This document shows positions 19,634 to 29,591 of a DNA stretch of 64,000 bases, piece by piece. Under the pieces are notes generated by a model, which did no database searches, had not been told where the DNA came from, and saw nothing but the letters and a program-made list of their open reading frames with translations. The stretch is from Methanomicrobia archaeon. Lineage in GTDB: Archaea > Halobacteriota > Syntropharchaeia > Alkanophagales > Methanospirareceae. Position 1 is the stretch's first letter. Every line of letters starts with the position of its first letter. The DNA lies in contig JAFGHB010000004.1 in NCBI GenBank assembly GCA_016930255.1, forward strand, positions 1,444 to 65,443, given 5' to 3'. The position numbers and the translations under genes are program-made.

Positions 19634-21844
19634 ATGTGCAGTATAATCGGCGTTTTTAACACTGAGAGATCGGTAGAGCTAGTGCTTAAGGGCTTAGAAG
19701 TACTGAAGGCTCGAGAAGATGCTGAGTTTGGGATTGGCACTGATAACGGCGAGTATTTTGCGACGGAGTTGCAGACTTTGGAACAGGGGGTAACACAGGA
19801 GAGTAACAATTGCATCGCGTGTTGCTCCTGTAAACCTGTTCGTTCGAGTAACCTGATAGAAGGCGGGTTTGTGGCAGATGCGGAGCTGTACAATGTGGAC
19901 GAATTGAGAGCGAAATATCATGCTGCAGGCGAGAAGAGCCATGAAGTACTCCTGGGATTGTTAGAACGTTTCGTAGGTGCGCACGAATCGGAGCTGAAGG
20001 GAGATTATCCAGTTTTAAACGAGATAGACGGAGCGTATGCTTGGGCTTATTGGCTGCGTGAAGCCACGAATGGCGGGGTGTTATACCTGGCCCGTGACAT
20101 GTTAGGATTGCGCCCGCTCTGGTTCGCGCATGTTGATGGCTTTGCATTTGCTTCGGAAAAGAGAGCTTTAGAAGCTATGGGCTATCCTCATGCGATCGAA
20201 CTCGACCCGAGGATACTTTTACGATACCGCATCAAAGATGACCGGTTGCGGTTCCTGAAAAGAGATTCATTTTCCACGGTGCCGGAGCTAACGGAGGATA
20301 AGGATGAGCTAAAGGAAAAATTGCCCGCGTTACTGCGAGCGAGTATCCAGCGGAGATTACCACGCGGCGAGAAGGTGGGCGTGCTCTTCTCCGGTGGGTT
20401 GGATTCCACGCTTATCGCGTACCTCTGCAAGGAGTTGGATGCCGATTTCGTTTGCTATACGGTCGCAGTTGACGAGCCGGGCATGAAGGAAGCCGAGGAT
20501 TTGCGCTATGCGACGCGTATTGCTGCTGATTTGGGGTTGCCAGTAGCACTGAAGAAAATCGGAGTTGACGATGTTGAGCGGTACCTTAAAGAGGTTGTTC
20601 CACTGATTGACGATACGGATGGCGTGAAGATAAGCGTGGCGGTGCCGTTGTATGCCGCGTGTGAGATGGCGAACGAGGACGGCATAAATACGGTTTTCAG
20701 TGGTCTCGGCACCGAAGAGCTCTTCGCGGGCTATGAGCGTCATAAACGCGTGAAAAAACGAGAGGCTGTGAACAAAGAATGCCTCACCGGTCTTTTGAGT
20801 ATGCATGAGCGGGACCTGTACCGTGATTACATGGTGGCGAAGGCGCACGGGATCTCGTTGCGGGCACCGTTTTTGGCTCCGGACCTCGTGGCGTATGCGT
20901 TACGGATACCTGCGGCATATAAGCTAGCAGGCGATACGGATAAGGCGATTTTACGCGAGATAGCGTGCGATCTTGGTTTGAAGGACGTTGCGGGCAGGAA
21001 GAAGAGGGCGGTGCAATACGGCGCGAACGTGGTGAAGGGGATCGAGAAATTAGCGAAGCGGAACGGCTACCGGTACACGCGCGATTACCTGCGGACGTTT
21101 TATCCCGCACGGGATCTCAAGCTGGGCAGCCTGTTCAGCTCTGGTAAAGATAGTACGTTTGCACTCTGGCTCATGCGAAAGGCTGGCTATCCAGTGGACT
21201 GTTTAATCACCATAAAGAGCCGGAATCCTGAATCGTACATGTTCCACACGCCTGCGGTGGAGTTAGTGGAACTGCAAGCCGAAGCGATTGGCTTACCGCT
21301 CGTGCTGCAAGAAACTGCGGGCGAAAAGGAGAAGGAACTGGAGGATCTGCGAGCTGCGTTTCGAGAAGCAAAGGCGACATACGGCATAAAAGGTGTTATT
21401 ACTGGCGCGTTATGGAGCACGTATCAAAAAGAACGCATCGATCGAATAGCCAGGGAAGAGGACCTCGCCGTGTTCTCTCCGCTGTGGCACAGCAATCAGG
21501 AAACGGAGATGCGGCTCGTCGTCTCTCATTTCGAACTGATGTTCACAGGTATCAGTGCGTACGGGCTGGACAAGAGCTGGCTTGGCCGGAGGATAATGAT
21601 GCAAGACATCGACCGCTTAGTGGCATTGGACAAGAAGCTCGCGAGACGTGGCGACCAACTTTCTTCCCGGTTCGACGGGTTGAACATAGCAGGCGAAGGC
21701 GGTGAATTCGAATCGTTGGTGCTGGACGGGCCTCTGTTCAAGAAACGGCTGGTCGTTGAGGAGCGTGAGATCGTGGAGGCGGACGCGTATACCGCACGAT
21801 TGGTCGTGAAGGCGGCGAAGTTGGTAGAAAAGCAGATTTACTGA
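19634..21844 (+). CDS. fusion protein: AsnB-like glutamine amidotransferase/asparagine-synthase domain + Dph6/MJ0570-like ATP-pyrophosphatase domain
   Basis: Start set at MCSIIG (Ntn nucleophile Cys2). First PP-loop is GVLFSGGLDSTLIA. The C-terminal ~240 aa carry a second PP-loop LFSSGKDSTFALW plus SYMFHTP, LQAEAIGLPL and GALWSTYQKERI blocks of the diphthine-ammonia ligase-like family. Confidence 0.75.
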   Translation: MCSIIGVFNTERSVELVLKGLEVLKAREDAEFGIGTDNGEYFATELQTLEQGVTQESNNCIACCSCKPVRSSNLIEGGFVADAELYNVDELRAKYHAAGEKSHEVLLGLLERFVGAHESELKGDYPVLNEIDGAYAWAYWLREATNGGVLYLARDMLGLRPLWFAHVDGFAFASEKRALEAMGYPHAIELDPRILLRYRIKDDRLRFLKRDSFSTVPELTEDKDELKEKLPALLRASIQRRLPRGEKVGVLFSGGLDSTLIAYLCKELDADFVCYTVAVDEPGMKEAEDLRYATRIAADLGLPVALKKIGVDDVERYLKEVVPLIDDTDGVKISVAVPLYAACEMANEDGINTVFSGLGTEELFAGYERHKRVKKREAVNKECLTGLLSMHERDLYRDYMVAKAHGISLRAPFLAPDLVAYALRIPAAYKLAGDTDKAILREIACDLGLKDVAGRKKRAVQYGANVVKGIEKLAKRNGYRYTRDYLRTFYPARDLKLGSLFSSGKDSTFALWLMRKAGYPVDCLITIKSRNPESYMFHTPAVELVELQAEAIGLPLVLQETAGEKEKELEDLRAAFREAKATYGIKGVITGALWSTYQKERIDRIAREEDLAVFSPLWHSNQETEMRLVVSHFELMFTGISAYGLDKSWLGRRIMMQDIDRLVALDKKLARRGDQLSSRFDGLNIAGEGGEFESLVLDGPLFKKRLVVEEREIVEADAYTARLVVKAAKLVEKQIY

Positions 21845-22008
21845 GGATAGAGTAAACGAAAGTTGATTTGTATACGATGCGTTGACAGGATGCTCGTTCA
21901 TACTCGTTCTGAAAAATTCTCAAATAGGCTAAAAGGCGAATTGAACTTTTTAAAATCGTGGGTTCTACTATATGTGAACCTAAGTAAACTAACCCCGGAG
22001 ACAGAGCT

Positions 22009-23910
22009 ATGGCTACGGACAAGAATGAAATATTGCTGAAGGTCAATCAGGTGTATCATCCGCCACGGCACGTTGTGGAGGCGGCGTTTATCAAACCTGA
22101 CGAGTACGAGACGTTGTACAAGGAGTCAATAGAAGACCCGGAAGGATTCTGGGCACGGATCGCAGAGGACGAGTTGTACTGGTTCCAGAAGTGGGATTCG
22201 GTCCGTGACGGGGAGCACCCCTATTACCGCTGGTTTGTAAACGGGAAACTGAACATCACGTACAACTGTCTTGATCGACACGTGAACGCGGGCAAGCGGA
22301 ACAAGCTTGCGTATATCTACACGAACGAAGAGGGTGAGGAAGTGAAAGTGACGTACGGCGAGCTCTTGGAGCTGGTCTGCCGGTTTGCCAACGGTTTGAA
22401 GTCGCTCGGCGTGAAGACAGGTGATCGCGTCTCGATCTACATGCCGCTCATCGTGGAGCAGGTGGTGGCGATGCTCGCGTGTGCACGCATTGGCGCTATC
22501 CATTCGGTCGTCTTCGGCGGGTTCAGTGCCTCGGCGCTGCGGATGCGGATCGAAGAGGCGCACGCGAAGGTAGTGATTACAGCGTCGTGGACGAAACGAC
22601 GCGGTAAGAAGATCGATTTGAAGTCTTCCGTTGACGAAGCGGTCGAGGATTTACCGTTTGTCGAGAAGGTAATTGTGGTGCAGCGGGAAGGGAACGGTTA
22701 CGAACTCGTGGAGAAGGAGATCGATTTCCACGAGTTGATACGAAGCCAGTCGCCATGCTGCGAGCCGGAAGTAATGGATGCCGAGGATCCATTGTTTATC
22801 CTTTATACGTCGGGCACGACGGGAACGCCGAAGGGCGTGCTCCATACAACCGGCGGGTATAACGTCTACACGCATTACACCACGAAGATCAATTTCGATT
22901 TGCACGAGAATGATATTTACTGGAGTACCGCAGATCCCGGTTGGATCACCGGCCATAGCTATCTGGTCTATGGCCCCTTGTCGGTCGGCGTGACTTCGGT
23001 GCTGGTGGAGGGCGCGCCTGACTATCCCGATCCAGGGCTCTGGTGGTCTATCATCGACCGGTACGGCGTGAATATCTTTTACACCGCGCCGACGGCGATA
23101 CGCTCGTTCATGAAATACGGCGAGGAGTGGCCGGGGAAGTACGATCTCTCTTCTTTAAGGATACTGGGCAGCGTTGGCGAGCCATTGAACCCAGAAGCAT
23201 GGCTCTGGTTCTATGAGTACATCGGGAACAAGAACTGCTCGATCGTCGATACCTGGTGGCAGACGGAGACCGGCGGGCATTTAATAACAACCATACCCTC
23301 GTATGCGGCGAAGCCGGGCAAGGCGGGCAAGCCGTTCTTCGGCGTCGTTGCCGACGTGGTAGACAAGCAAGGACAAGCAGTCGATCCCAATACCGTGGGG
23401 CATCTCGTTATCAAGGCGCCGTGGCCTTCCGGACTGAGAACCTGCTGGAACGCGCCGGAGCGCTACGAAGAGTACTGGAACACGATCGCACCGTACTATT
23501 TAGCGGGCGACCTTGCGACGAAAGACGAGGACGGCTATATCATGATCCTAGGGCGGTCGGACGATGTGCTTACGGTTTCGGGACACCGGATCGGCACCGC
23601 GGAAGTCGAAAGCGCGCTGGTCTCGCATCCTGCAGTTGCGGAGGCTGCGGTGATCGGGAAGCCGCACGAGCTCAAGGGCGAGAGCATCAAGGGGTTCCTC
23701 ATCATTATACAAGGAGAGAATCATTCGGAGAATATGATAACAGATATCAAGCTCCACGTGCGCCGTGAGCTGGGCGCGCTGGCGGTGCCTGATGAATTGG
23801 AGATCGTGGAGTCGCTGCCGAAAACGCGAAGCGGGAAGATCATGCGGCGCGTGCTCAAGGCGCAAGAGCTCGGTATGGACATCGGGGATATTTCGACGTT
23901 GGAAGATTGA
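22009..23910 (+). CDS. acs: acetyl-CoA synthetase (AMP-forming)
   Basis: 633-aa ORF with the YTSGTTGTPKG AMP-binding motif, WWQTETGG, GRSDDVLTVSGHRIGTAEVE and C-terminal SGKIMRR. Confidence 0.9.
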   Translation: MATDKNEILLKVNQVYHPPRHVVEAAFIKPDEYETLYKESIEDPEGFWARIAEDELYWFQKWDSVRDGEHPYYRWFVNGKLNITYNCLDRHVNAGKRNKLAYIYTNEEGEEVKVTYGELLELVCRFANGLKSLGVKTGDRVSIYMPLIVEQVVAMLACARIGAIHSVVFGGFSASALRMRIEEAHAKVVITASWTKRRGKKIDLKSSVDEAVEDLPFVEKVIVVQREGNGYELVEKEIDFHELIRSQSPCCEPEVMDAEDPLFILYTSGTTGTPKGVLHTTGGYNVYTHYTTKINFDLHENDIYWSTADPGWITGHSYLVYGPLSVGVTSVLVEGAPDYPDPGLWWSIIDRYGVNIFYTAPTAIRSFMKYGEEWPGKYDLSSLRILGSVGEPLNPEAWLWFYEYIGNKNCSIVDTWWQTETGGHLITTIPSYAAKPGKAGKPFFGVVADVVDKQGQAVDPNTVGHLVIKAPWPSGLRTCWNAPERYEEYWNTIAPYYLAGDLATKDEDGYIMILGRSDDVLTVSGHRIGTAEVESALVSHPAVAEAAVIGKPHELKGESIKGFLIIIQGENHSENMITDIKLHVRRELGALAVPDELEIVESLPKTRSGKIMRRVLKAQELGMDIGDISTLED

Positions 23911-24061
23911 GACTCTAGAGCCGATAAGATCCTAGAAGCGGAAAGAGAATTAAGAGATGAAGTACAGATAGTTATTCATGTAGGACTATAGTTCATTACA
24001 TTCACGAAAATGTAGATAGATTGCTTGAAAATATTTAGATAATTACAATCTATCTCAACCA

Positions 24062-25603
24062 TCATCTTACATGGTATATGTTATATTCTATTAATCTTCC
24101 TTTGTATCTTCTTTTCTTCGTTCCCAGAGCATAGAATCTATTCGAACTATAAACAGCATTTTGTATCTGTTTTTTGGTTATTCTGTAGTTATAATGGTTA
24201 GCAATTTCCTTTAATCCAATTACAGTCCTAGGACCATGTCTTTTAATTATCTCCTCAACTATTTCAACAATTAGTTTATTGCTTCTAACTTCAGTAGGTT
24301 TAGTTTGCCTTTTTAGCCATTTAATTTGTGTAGTGGGATGAACATAAACTTCATCTTTTTGTATTCTTTTCTCTTCATACTTTGTTTCTTCATATTTTAT
24401 CAGTCCTTTTTGCTCCCGCTTGTATTCTTTTTTCAAATCATTTAGAGCGAGAAGAGATTTTATTATTTTCACTATTAATCCAAAAATTATCGGGGGAATT
24501 CCTGTTATAAGCGTAGATATACCTTCTGCCCCTTCAAATATATCTAATAAACTTCTAAAAGTCGATACTTTATCCTCTTCACTGGGGGAATATTTTTTTG
24601 TTTCAAAATTTTTAATAACTGTGATATACTGCATAATTTTTTGTTTCTTTTCAAGTGGCGCATATTTGTATTGTATTTCTAAAAGTTCCCTTACTCTAAC
24701 TATCTGCTTTCTGAGTTTAATAATTTTTAGTTGTTCTATCTCAGGAATTTTATCAATGTCAGAATCATTAAAAGCCTCACTTAGTGAACCCCTCCCTCTT
24801 TTGTATTTCACTATGTATTCATCTATTTTATCTATTTCATTAGGCTCTCTGACTAAAGATGAAAGGCGTATAATCTCCCTCTGCATATCCTTGATACTTT
24901 CTGCACATTCTTCAAGTTCTCGAAACTCCATACCTTCTAACAGTTTTCCAATGCTCTTAATATACGATTCATTAATTAATGGGAAATCCCTCCAAATCTG
25001 ATCTAGATAAGTTCTTGCTTTGCTGACTTTATCCTTATTCTCTCCTGAAAATGATTTCTCAAATCTCTTTAAAACCGACAAATAAAAATTAACTATTTCC
25101 TTTTCTTCAGTATTGATAAGGCATTTTTCCGTGATAACTTCGCTTTCTTTATCTAAAAATTTAATAAGATTTATTATGAAAACTTCTGTTATAGTCTCTT
25201 TTCCGATTCCATAGCAAACATACTCTCCCTTTTGTGTTAACCTAGTTTTATCTCTTGTATCACTATAAAAAAATCTAAAGGAATCTTTGTATTGGTCGTA
25301 ATCTATAACAAACTTTTCGTTATTAGCCAATTCTAATTTTAGTGCCTGTATCTTTGAATATTCATCAAAAAAATTTTTTATATTCACTTTGTATTGTCTG
25401 TCACCTTCAGTGCGATTTATAACAATATCCCCCGTTACGCTAGTTGTGAACTTCCCAAAAGAATCTGAAGTATGCAACTTTACCATTAAATCCCTATCTC
25501 TTTTCTCGAAGGATAATTTATCCATATAATCTATTAATTGATAGGGAAAATAAAAGAATATACCATATTTGGGTTGACTAAAAACTCTTCGGGACCTTCC
25601 CAT
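24062..25603 (-). CDS. orphan K/E/I-rich protein with one predicted TM helix
   Basis: 513-aa uninterrupted ORF in a strongly AT-rich segment. One hydrophobic segment (ISTLITGIPPIIFGLIVKIIKSLLAL) and a basic C-terminal ~90 aa. No family recognised. Confidence 0.5.
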   Translation of the reverse strand: MGRSRRVFSQPKYGIFFYFPYQLIDYMDKLSFEKRDRDLMVKLHTSDSFGKFTTSVTGDIVINRTEGDRQYKVNIKNFFDEYSKIQALKLELANNEKFVIDYDQYKDSFRFFYSDTRDKTRLTQKGEYVCYGIGKETITEVFIINLIKFLDKESEVITEKCLINTEEKEIVNFYLSVLKRFEKSFSGENKDKVSKARTYLDQIWRDFPLINESYIKSIGKLLEGMEFRELEECAESIKDMQREIIRLSSLVREPNEIDKIDEYIVKYKRGRGSLSEAFNDSDIDKIPEIEQLKIIKLRKQIVRVRELLEIQYKYAPLEKKQKIMQYITVIKNFETKKYSPSEEDKVSTFRSLLDIFEGAEGISTLITGIPPIIFGLIVKIIKSLLALNDLKKEYKREQKGLIKYEETKYEEKRIQKDEVYVHPTTQIKWLKRQTKPTEVRSNKLIVEIVEEIIKRHGPRTVIGLKEIANHYNYRITKKQIQNAVYSSNRFYALGTKKRRYKGRLIEYNIYHVR

Positions 25604-25662
25604 TGTAACCTCATATACACGCGAAATGTTATATAAAATGAATTAAGCTGAGGTAACCAAAA

Positions 25663-25830
25663 ATGAACACCAATGTCGAATACCTGAGTTTCTGTGGCCG
25701 GTGCGACACTATTTGATCACCTGCGGCGACCTCCAGAAACCGAACATCATCGCCGTCAGCTTCTGCATGCCCGTTTCGAAGAAGCCCCCGCTCATCGCCT
25801 GCGCCATCGGCTGAAGTGCATATTCCTGCA
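25663..25830 (+). pseudogene. decayed 5' fragment of a flavin reductase-like (flavoredoxin) gene
   Basis: About 170 nt alignable to 26445-26612, including a 40-nt identical core tgatcacctgcggcgacctccagaaaccgaacatcatcgc. The reading frame is broken by an indel and stops. Confidence 0.6.
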
Positions 25831-25915
25831 CCTGCATGGTGCGGCACGAGCTAGAAACGAACGATACTAATATCTTTAACGGTGCTTATTTCTCTTACTA
25901 CAAGCAGGTGCGACC

Positions 25916-26359
25916 ATGACGAAAATAGGAATCATCATTTGCGGACGGTATCAAACGTGTGGCGGCGGTAAATGCCTCAGGGCGTTAAAAGAGCATGTGG
26001 GCGGTTTTGCAACGTATCCCAGGGAAGAAGAACTCGAGTTAGTTGGCTATTCATTCTGCGGTGGCTGTCCTGGCGGGAATATCGAATACGTGCCCGAAGA
26101 AATGATAAAAAACGGTGCTGAGGTTATCCATTTTGCGACTGGCATGGTTGTGGGCTATCCGCCCTGCCCGCGAATTAACCACTTTAAAACGTTCATCGAG
26201 CACGTGTACAAAACGCCCGTGGTCGTTGGTACCCATCCCGTACCCTTGAAGTACTACACGGCACATAAAAATCTCCCGTTTTGGACTGCAATGGATATGG
26301 AAAACATAGCGGGACCGCTCCTAAACGAGGACAGAGCGATCATGGCGTTGTACGATTAA
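25916..26359 (+). CDS. CGGC-domain protein
   Basis: 147-aa ORF with IIICGRYQTCGGGKC and FCGGCPGG Cys motifs characteristic of the CGGC domain. Confidence 0.65.
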   Translation: MTKIGIIICGRYQTCGGGKCLRALKEHVGGFATYPREEELELVGYSFCGGCPGGNIEYVPEEMIKNGAEVIHFATGMVVGYPPCPRINHFKTFIEHVYKTPVVVGTHPVPLKYYTAHKNLPFWTAMDMENIAGPLLNEDRAIMALYD

Positions 26360-26444
26360 CGCCCGTTTTGTTGTCTTTCTAACTGAATTGCGGAAACCTC
26401 GGATCACCAACCCACGCGCCTTCGCTAAAACAGAGGTAACTTGA

Positions 26445-26959
26445 ATGAAGACCGACGTCGAATATCTGGAGTATTTGTGGCCGATGCGGCACTATCTGAT
26501 CACCTGCGGCGACCTCCAGAAACCGAACATCATCGCGGTCAGCTTCTGCATGCCGGTCTCAAAGGAGCCGCCACTCATCGCCTGCGCCATCGGTCGAGGC
26601 GCGTATTCCTGTGGGTTAATCGAACGCAGCAGGAATTTGTGGTGAATGTGCCGCCCAAAGCGCTGGAGCCGAAGGTCTATTATTGCGGCTACCACTCGGG
26701 CTCTGAGGTTGATAAATTCAAGGAAACAGGCTTAACGCCGCAGCTAGCACGGAAGGTACAAGCGCCGATTATCGCGGAGTGCGTCGCGTGGATGGAGTGT
26801 ATGGTGCGACAGGAAATAGAGACGGGCGATAAAAATATCTTTGTCGGTGAAGTTATGGAGGCGTACGCAGATGAAGCGCTGGTGAAGGGCAAACGGAAAA
26901 TAGAGTACGCACAGGGAGCGTTCCCCCGGAAGATCTATGGGACGCGGTTTGGCGAGTAG
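26445..26959 (+). pseudogene. flavin reductase-like domain protein (flavoredoxin-like), apparent frameshift
   Basis: The N-terminal 66 aa (frame of 26445) end at ...GLIERSRNLW*. The continuation EFVVNVPP...IFVGEV... runs in the +2-shifted frame to 26959. The shift lies near 26625-26640 and could also be a sequencing error. Confidence 0.6.
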
Positions 26960-27000
26960 ATATACCAATAAGACACAATGAATTCGAGGCAAAGAATAGC

Positions 27001-27765
27001 ATGGATACGAAAAAGATCGTGAAGGACCAATTTGATAAGCAAGCCGAAAAATTCTCGAACTGGTCAATTACAAAGAACCTCGAATATCAACAACGATACT
27101 TCGAATTCTGTGGTATGGTACCAGAAGACACTCTTCTGGACGTGGCATGTGGCTCAGGAGAATTTTCAATCTTCTGTGCAAAAAGGATAAAGTATGTTTG
27201 TGGAGTAGACCTTTCTGAGAAGATGATTGAATTAGCCGAAGCTCAGGTAGTTGCGACTAAATTAAACAATATACACTTTACCTGTAACGACGTAGAAAAC
27301 ATACCAGTCGAAGACGATACATTTTCTATAGTCGTTTGCAAGTCTGCATTTCATCACTTTTTAAATTACGAGACTGTTTTCAGCGAAATGATTCGTGGTT
27401 GTAAAAGAGATGGCAGAATTAGCATACAGGATATCGTTTCGTATGACGATAACAGGGCAAACGATTTCTTCGAGAGGCTTGAAAAAGAGATAGATAAAAG
27501 CCATAATAAAGCATTGTCAAAGGAGCATCTTACCGATTTATTCCGCCGGAATAAAATTAAAATACTGAGAACTTATGAGCTGGAAATTGAATTGAATTTT
27601 AATGAATATGTTAATCATGCTATCCAGTCTAAAGCTAATTTAGAGAATATAAGCCATTTAGTGGATGGTGGCCTGAATGATCAAGACATCTCACCGTATT
27701 TCACTACAATAAATGACGAATTATTTTTTAAACGGAAGGTATTTTTAATTCTGGGGGAAAAATGA
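27001..27765 (+). CDS. class I SAM-dependent methyltransferase
   Basis: 254-aa ORF. Motif I LLDVACGSGEF and the post-I/II layout of Methyltransf_11-type enzymes. Lower G+C than its neighbours. Confidence 0.7.
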   Translation: MDTKKIVKDQFDKQAEKFSNWSITKNLEYQQRYFEFCGMVPEDTLLDVACGSGEFSIFCAKRIKYVCGVDLSEKMIELAEAQVVATKLNNIHFTCNDVENIPVEDDTFSIVVCKSAFHHFLNYETVFSEMIRGCKRDGRISIQDIVSYDDNRANDFFERLEKEIDKSHNKALSKEHLTDLFRRNKIKILRTYELEIELNFNEYVNHAIQSKANLENISHLVDGGLNDQDISPYFTTINDELFFKRKVFLILGEK

Positions 27766-27885
27766 CCAGTACTTCTCTCAATAAAGCTTATCTGGCTCAT
27801 TCGTTCGCCCAAATCTGCTCCTTTCGATTGCAAACTTCAAATCTGCTCGACACGGTATGCGGACCGGCTTTAGAGGTGATGAAGA

Positions 27886-28425
27886 ATGGGAAATAACGAA
27901 GCAAAGAGCCTCATTGGGTGCTGCGGAATATATTGTGGGTTATGTAGCAAGTACCAGTCAACCGCGAAAAGCAGATGCATCGGTTGCAAATTGGGCGAAC
28001 AACATTCATGGTGCAGTATCTGGAACTGCTGTGTAAAAAAGCATGGCTTTGAGACTTGCATCGAATGTAAAGAAGTATTTCAGTGTAAAATCTTCTCGCG
28101 AAGGAAAGTTACGGAGTGGATCCCTGCTGCTAATAATTTACTCCGGATTAAAGAAGTTGGTTTAAAAAGGTGGTTAGAAGAACAAAGCGAAAGACAAGCA
28201 TTGTTGGAAAGATTACTCCAGCATTATAATGAAGGGCGATCAATGAGTTTTTACTGTAAAGCCTGTGCAAGAATGCAGATTGCATTGATTAACGCGGCAA
28301 TTAAAGAAGCAACGAAAAAACTTGCAAGTGAAAAAGTAGATAAAGCTGACATAAAATCCAAGGCAAATGTTGTAAAGAAGACAATCAGAGAATTGGCTTC
28401 AACATCTAATGTTGATCTGAGTTAA
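27886..28425 (+). CDS. Cys-rich protein (DUF3795-like)
   Basis: 179-aa ORF. N-terminal CCGIYCGLCSKY...CIGCK...WCSIWNCC Cys pattern as in DUF3795 proteins (from memory). Confidence 0.5.
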   Translation: MGNNEAKSLIGCCGIYCGLCSKYQSTAKSRCIGCKLGEQHSWCSIWNCCVKKHGFETCIECKEVFQCKIFSRRKVTEWIPAANNLLRIKEVGLKRWLEEQSERQALLERLLQHYNEGRSMSFYCKACARMQIALINAAIKEATKKLASEKVDKADIKSKANVVKKTIRELASTSNVDLS

Positions 28426-28583
28426 CAATAGTGTTCCGAAGTCAACTCCGCGCCTTGTTTCGCAAGGCTCGCCTCTCGGGGGCTAACCGCGGATTACAGG
28501 GAATCAAAGTTTTTCCGAAATCGCCGTCAGCAACTTCTTTTATTCATCTTCCGTTATTATACCTGTGGACTGGTGAAGAGAGC

Positions 28584-29039
28584 ATGAGAAAGCTACTAAT
28601 CATCATCATTATCGGCATTTTCACGATAGCCGCTGTTGGCTGGGTTTCACAACATCAAAAAATACCGCCTCAGGATTCACCGATGCCAGAGCAACTTGAT
28701 TGGGCAGAAACAGATCCGCTAGCCTTGCTTGAGATCCTCAAAAGCCGTCCAGACACCCCGCTCACGATTGCGAGTACGCCACCACCGGACTGGATAACGG
28801 AAGAACACGTTCGGCAGCTTATGCACGTGATCGATTCCGAAGAGCCTGCTGCACCGGTAGTTTCAGTACTCAGTTCCTATTATCCCTTCAATGAGTCATC
28901 TACGGTCGGAAACGAGGCAATGTTTCTCATCGAAGGATTTAGAAGAGGACGTTATCCCCCCGCTCTATGCTCAATTTACTATTTTGACGGTAATACGGAC
29001 GAATTGAGAACGTGGTGGAGCAACCAAACGGGGTACTAA
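28584..29039 (+). CDS. membrane-anchored hypothetical protein
   Basis: Start chosen at MRKLLIIIIIGIF (signal anchor). 151 aa, no family recognised. Confidence 0.4.
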   Translation: MRKLLIIIIIGIFTIAAVGWVSQHQKIPPQDSPMPEQLDWAETDPLALLEILKSRPDTPLTIASTPPPDWITEEHVRQLMHVIDSEEPAAPVVSVLSSYYPFNESSTVGNEAMFLIEGFRRGRYPPALCSIYYFDGNTDELRTWWSNQTGY

Positions 29040-29336
29040 GGTGCGGCTGAGCAACCGCAGATAGATAACGCAGCGCATGCCCCTTTACTCATCATCGCAG
29101 GTATCTTTCTCTTAGCCCGGCCAGCTCACCTACTGGCAAGTTGTGATGGTGCTGCTCAGGATAATTCCACGATCGTCTGTATCGGAGTAACGCAGAGGAT
29201 AAGCATAATCATGTGAAGACGCGTATAAGAGAAGCAGGTGGATGAACAGAAGGCGATCTCCGCTACCCTTACGATGCGAAGCGAAGCGAAGGAATCGGTC
29301 CCTAGCTATCCTCGGGTCAGGTGGTGCATGTAGATA

Positions 29337-29564
29337 ATGCTAACCTATGAGAAGGCGCTGAAGAAGCTTGAAGAGCATAAGACTGAAATAAACTTGTACG
29401 GCGCGAAGCGAATAAGGCTCTTTGGCTCTCATATGCGAAATGAGCAAACTCCAGGGAGTGACCTCGACGTTTTGGTGGAGTTTGAACACGGAAAGAAAAC
29501 GTTCGATAACTACATGGACCTGAAATTCTTCCTGGAAGAATTATTTGAAAGGGGGGAGCCTTAA
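29337..29564 (+). pseudogene. minimal nucleotidyltransferase (MNT/MntA-like), C-terminally disrupted
   Basis: LFGSHMRNEQTPGSDLDVLVEF is the GSx10DxD NTase motif. The expected C-terminal ...IDLVGALK continues in another frame after the stop at 29562-29564. No HEPN partner is adjacent. Confidence 0.55.
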
Positions 29565-29591
29565 ATTGATCTTGTGGGAGCATTAAAAACG

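Noticed and set aside
25629-25847. 72-aa minus-strand ORF
   Set aside because: It is antisense to the decayed flavoredoxin-like fragment, so it is a by-product of that fragment.
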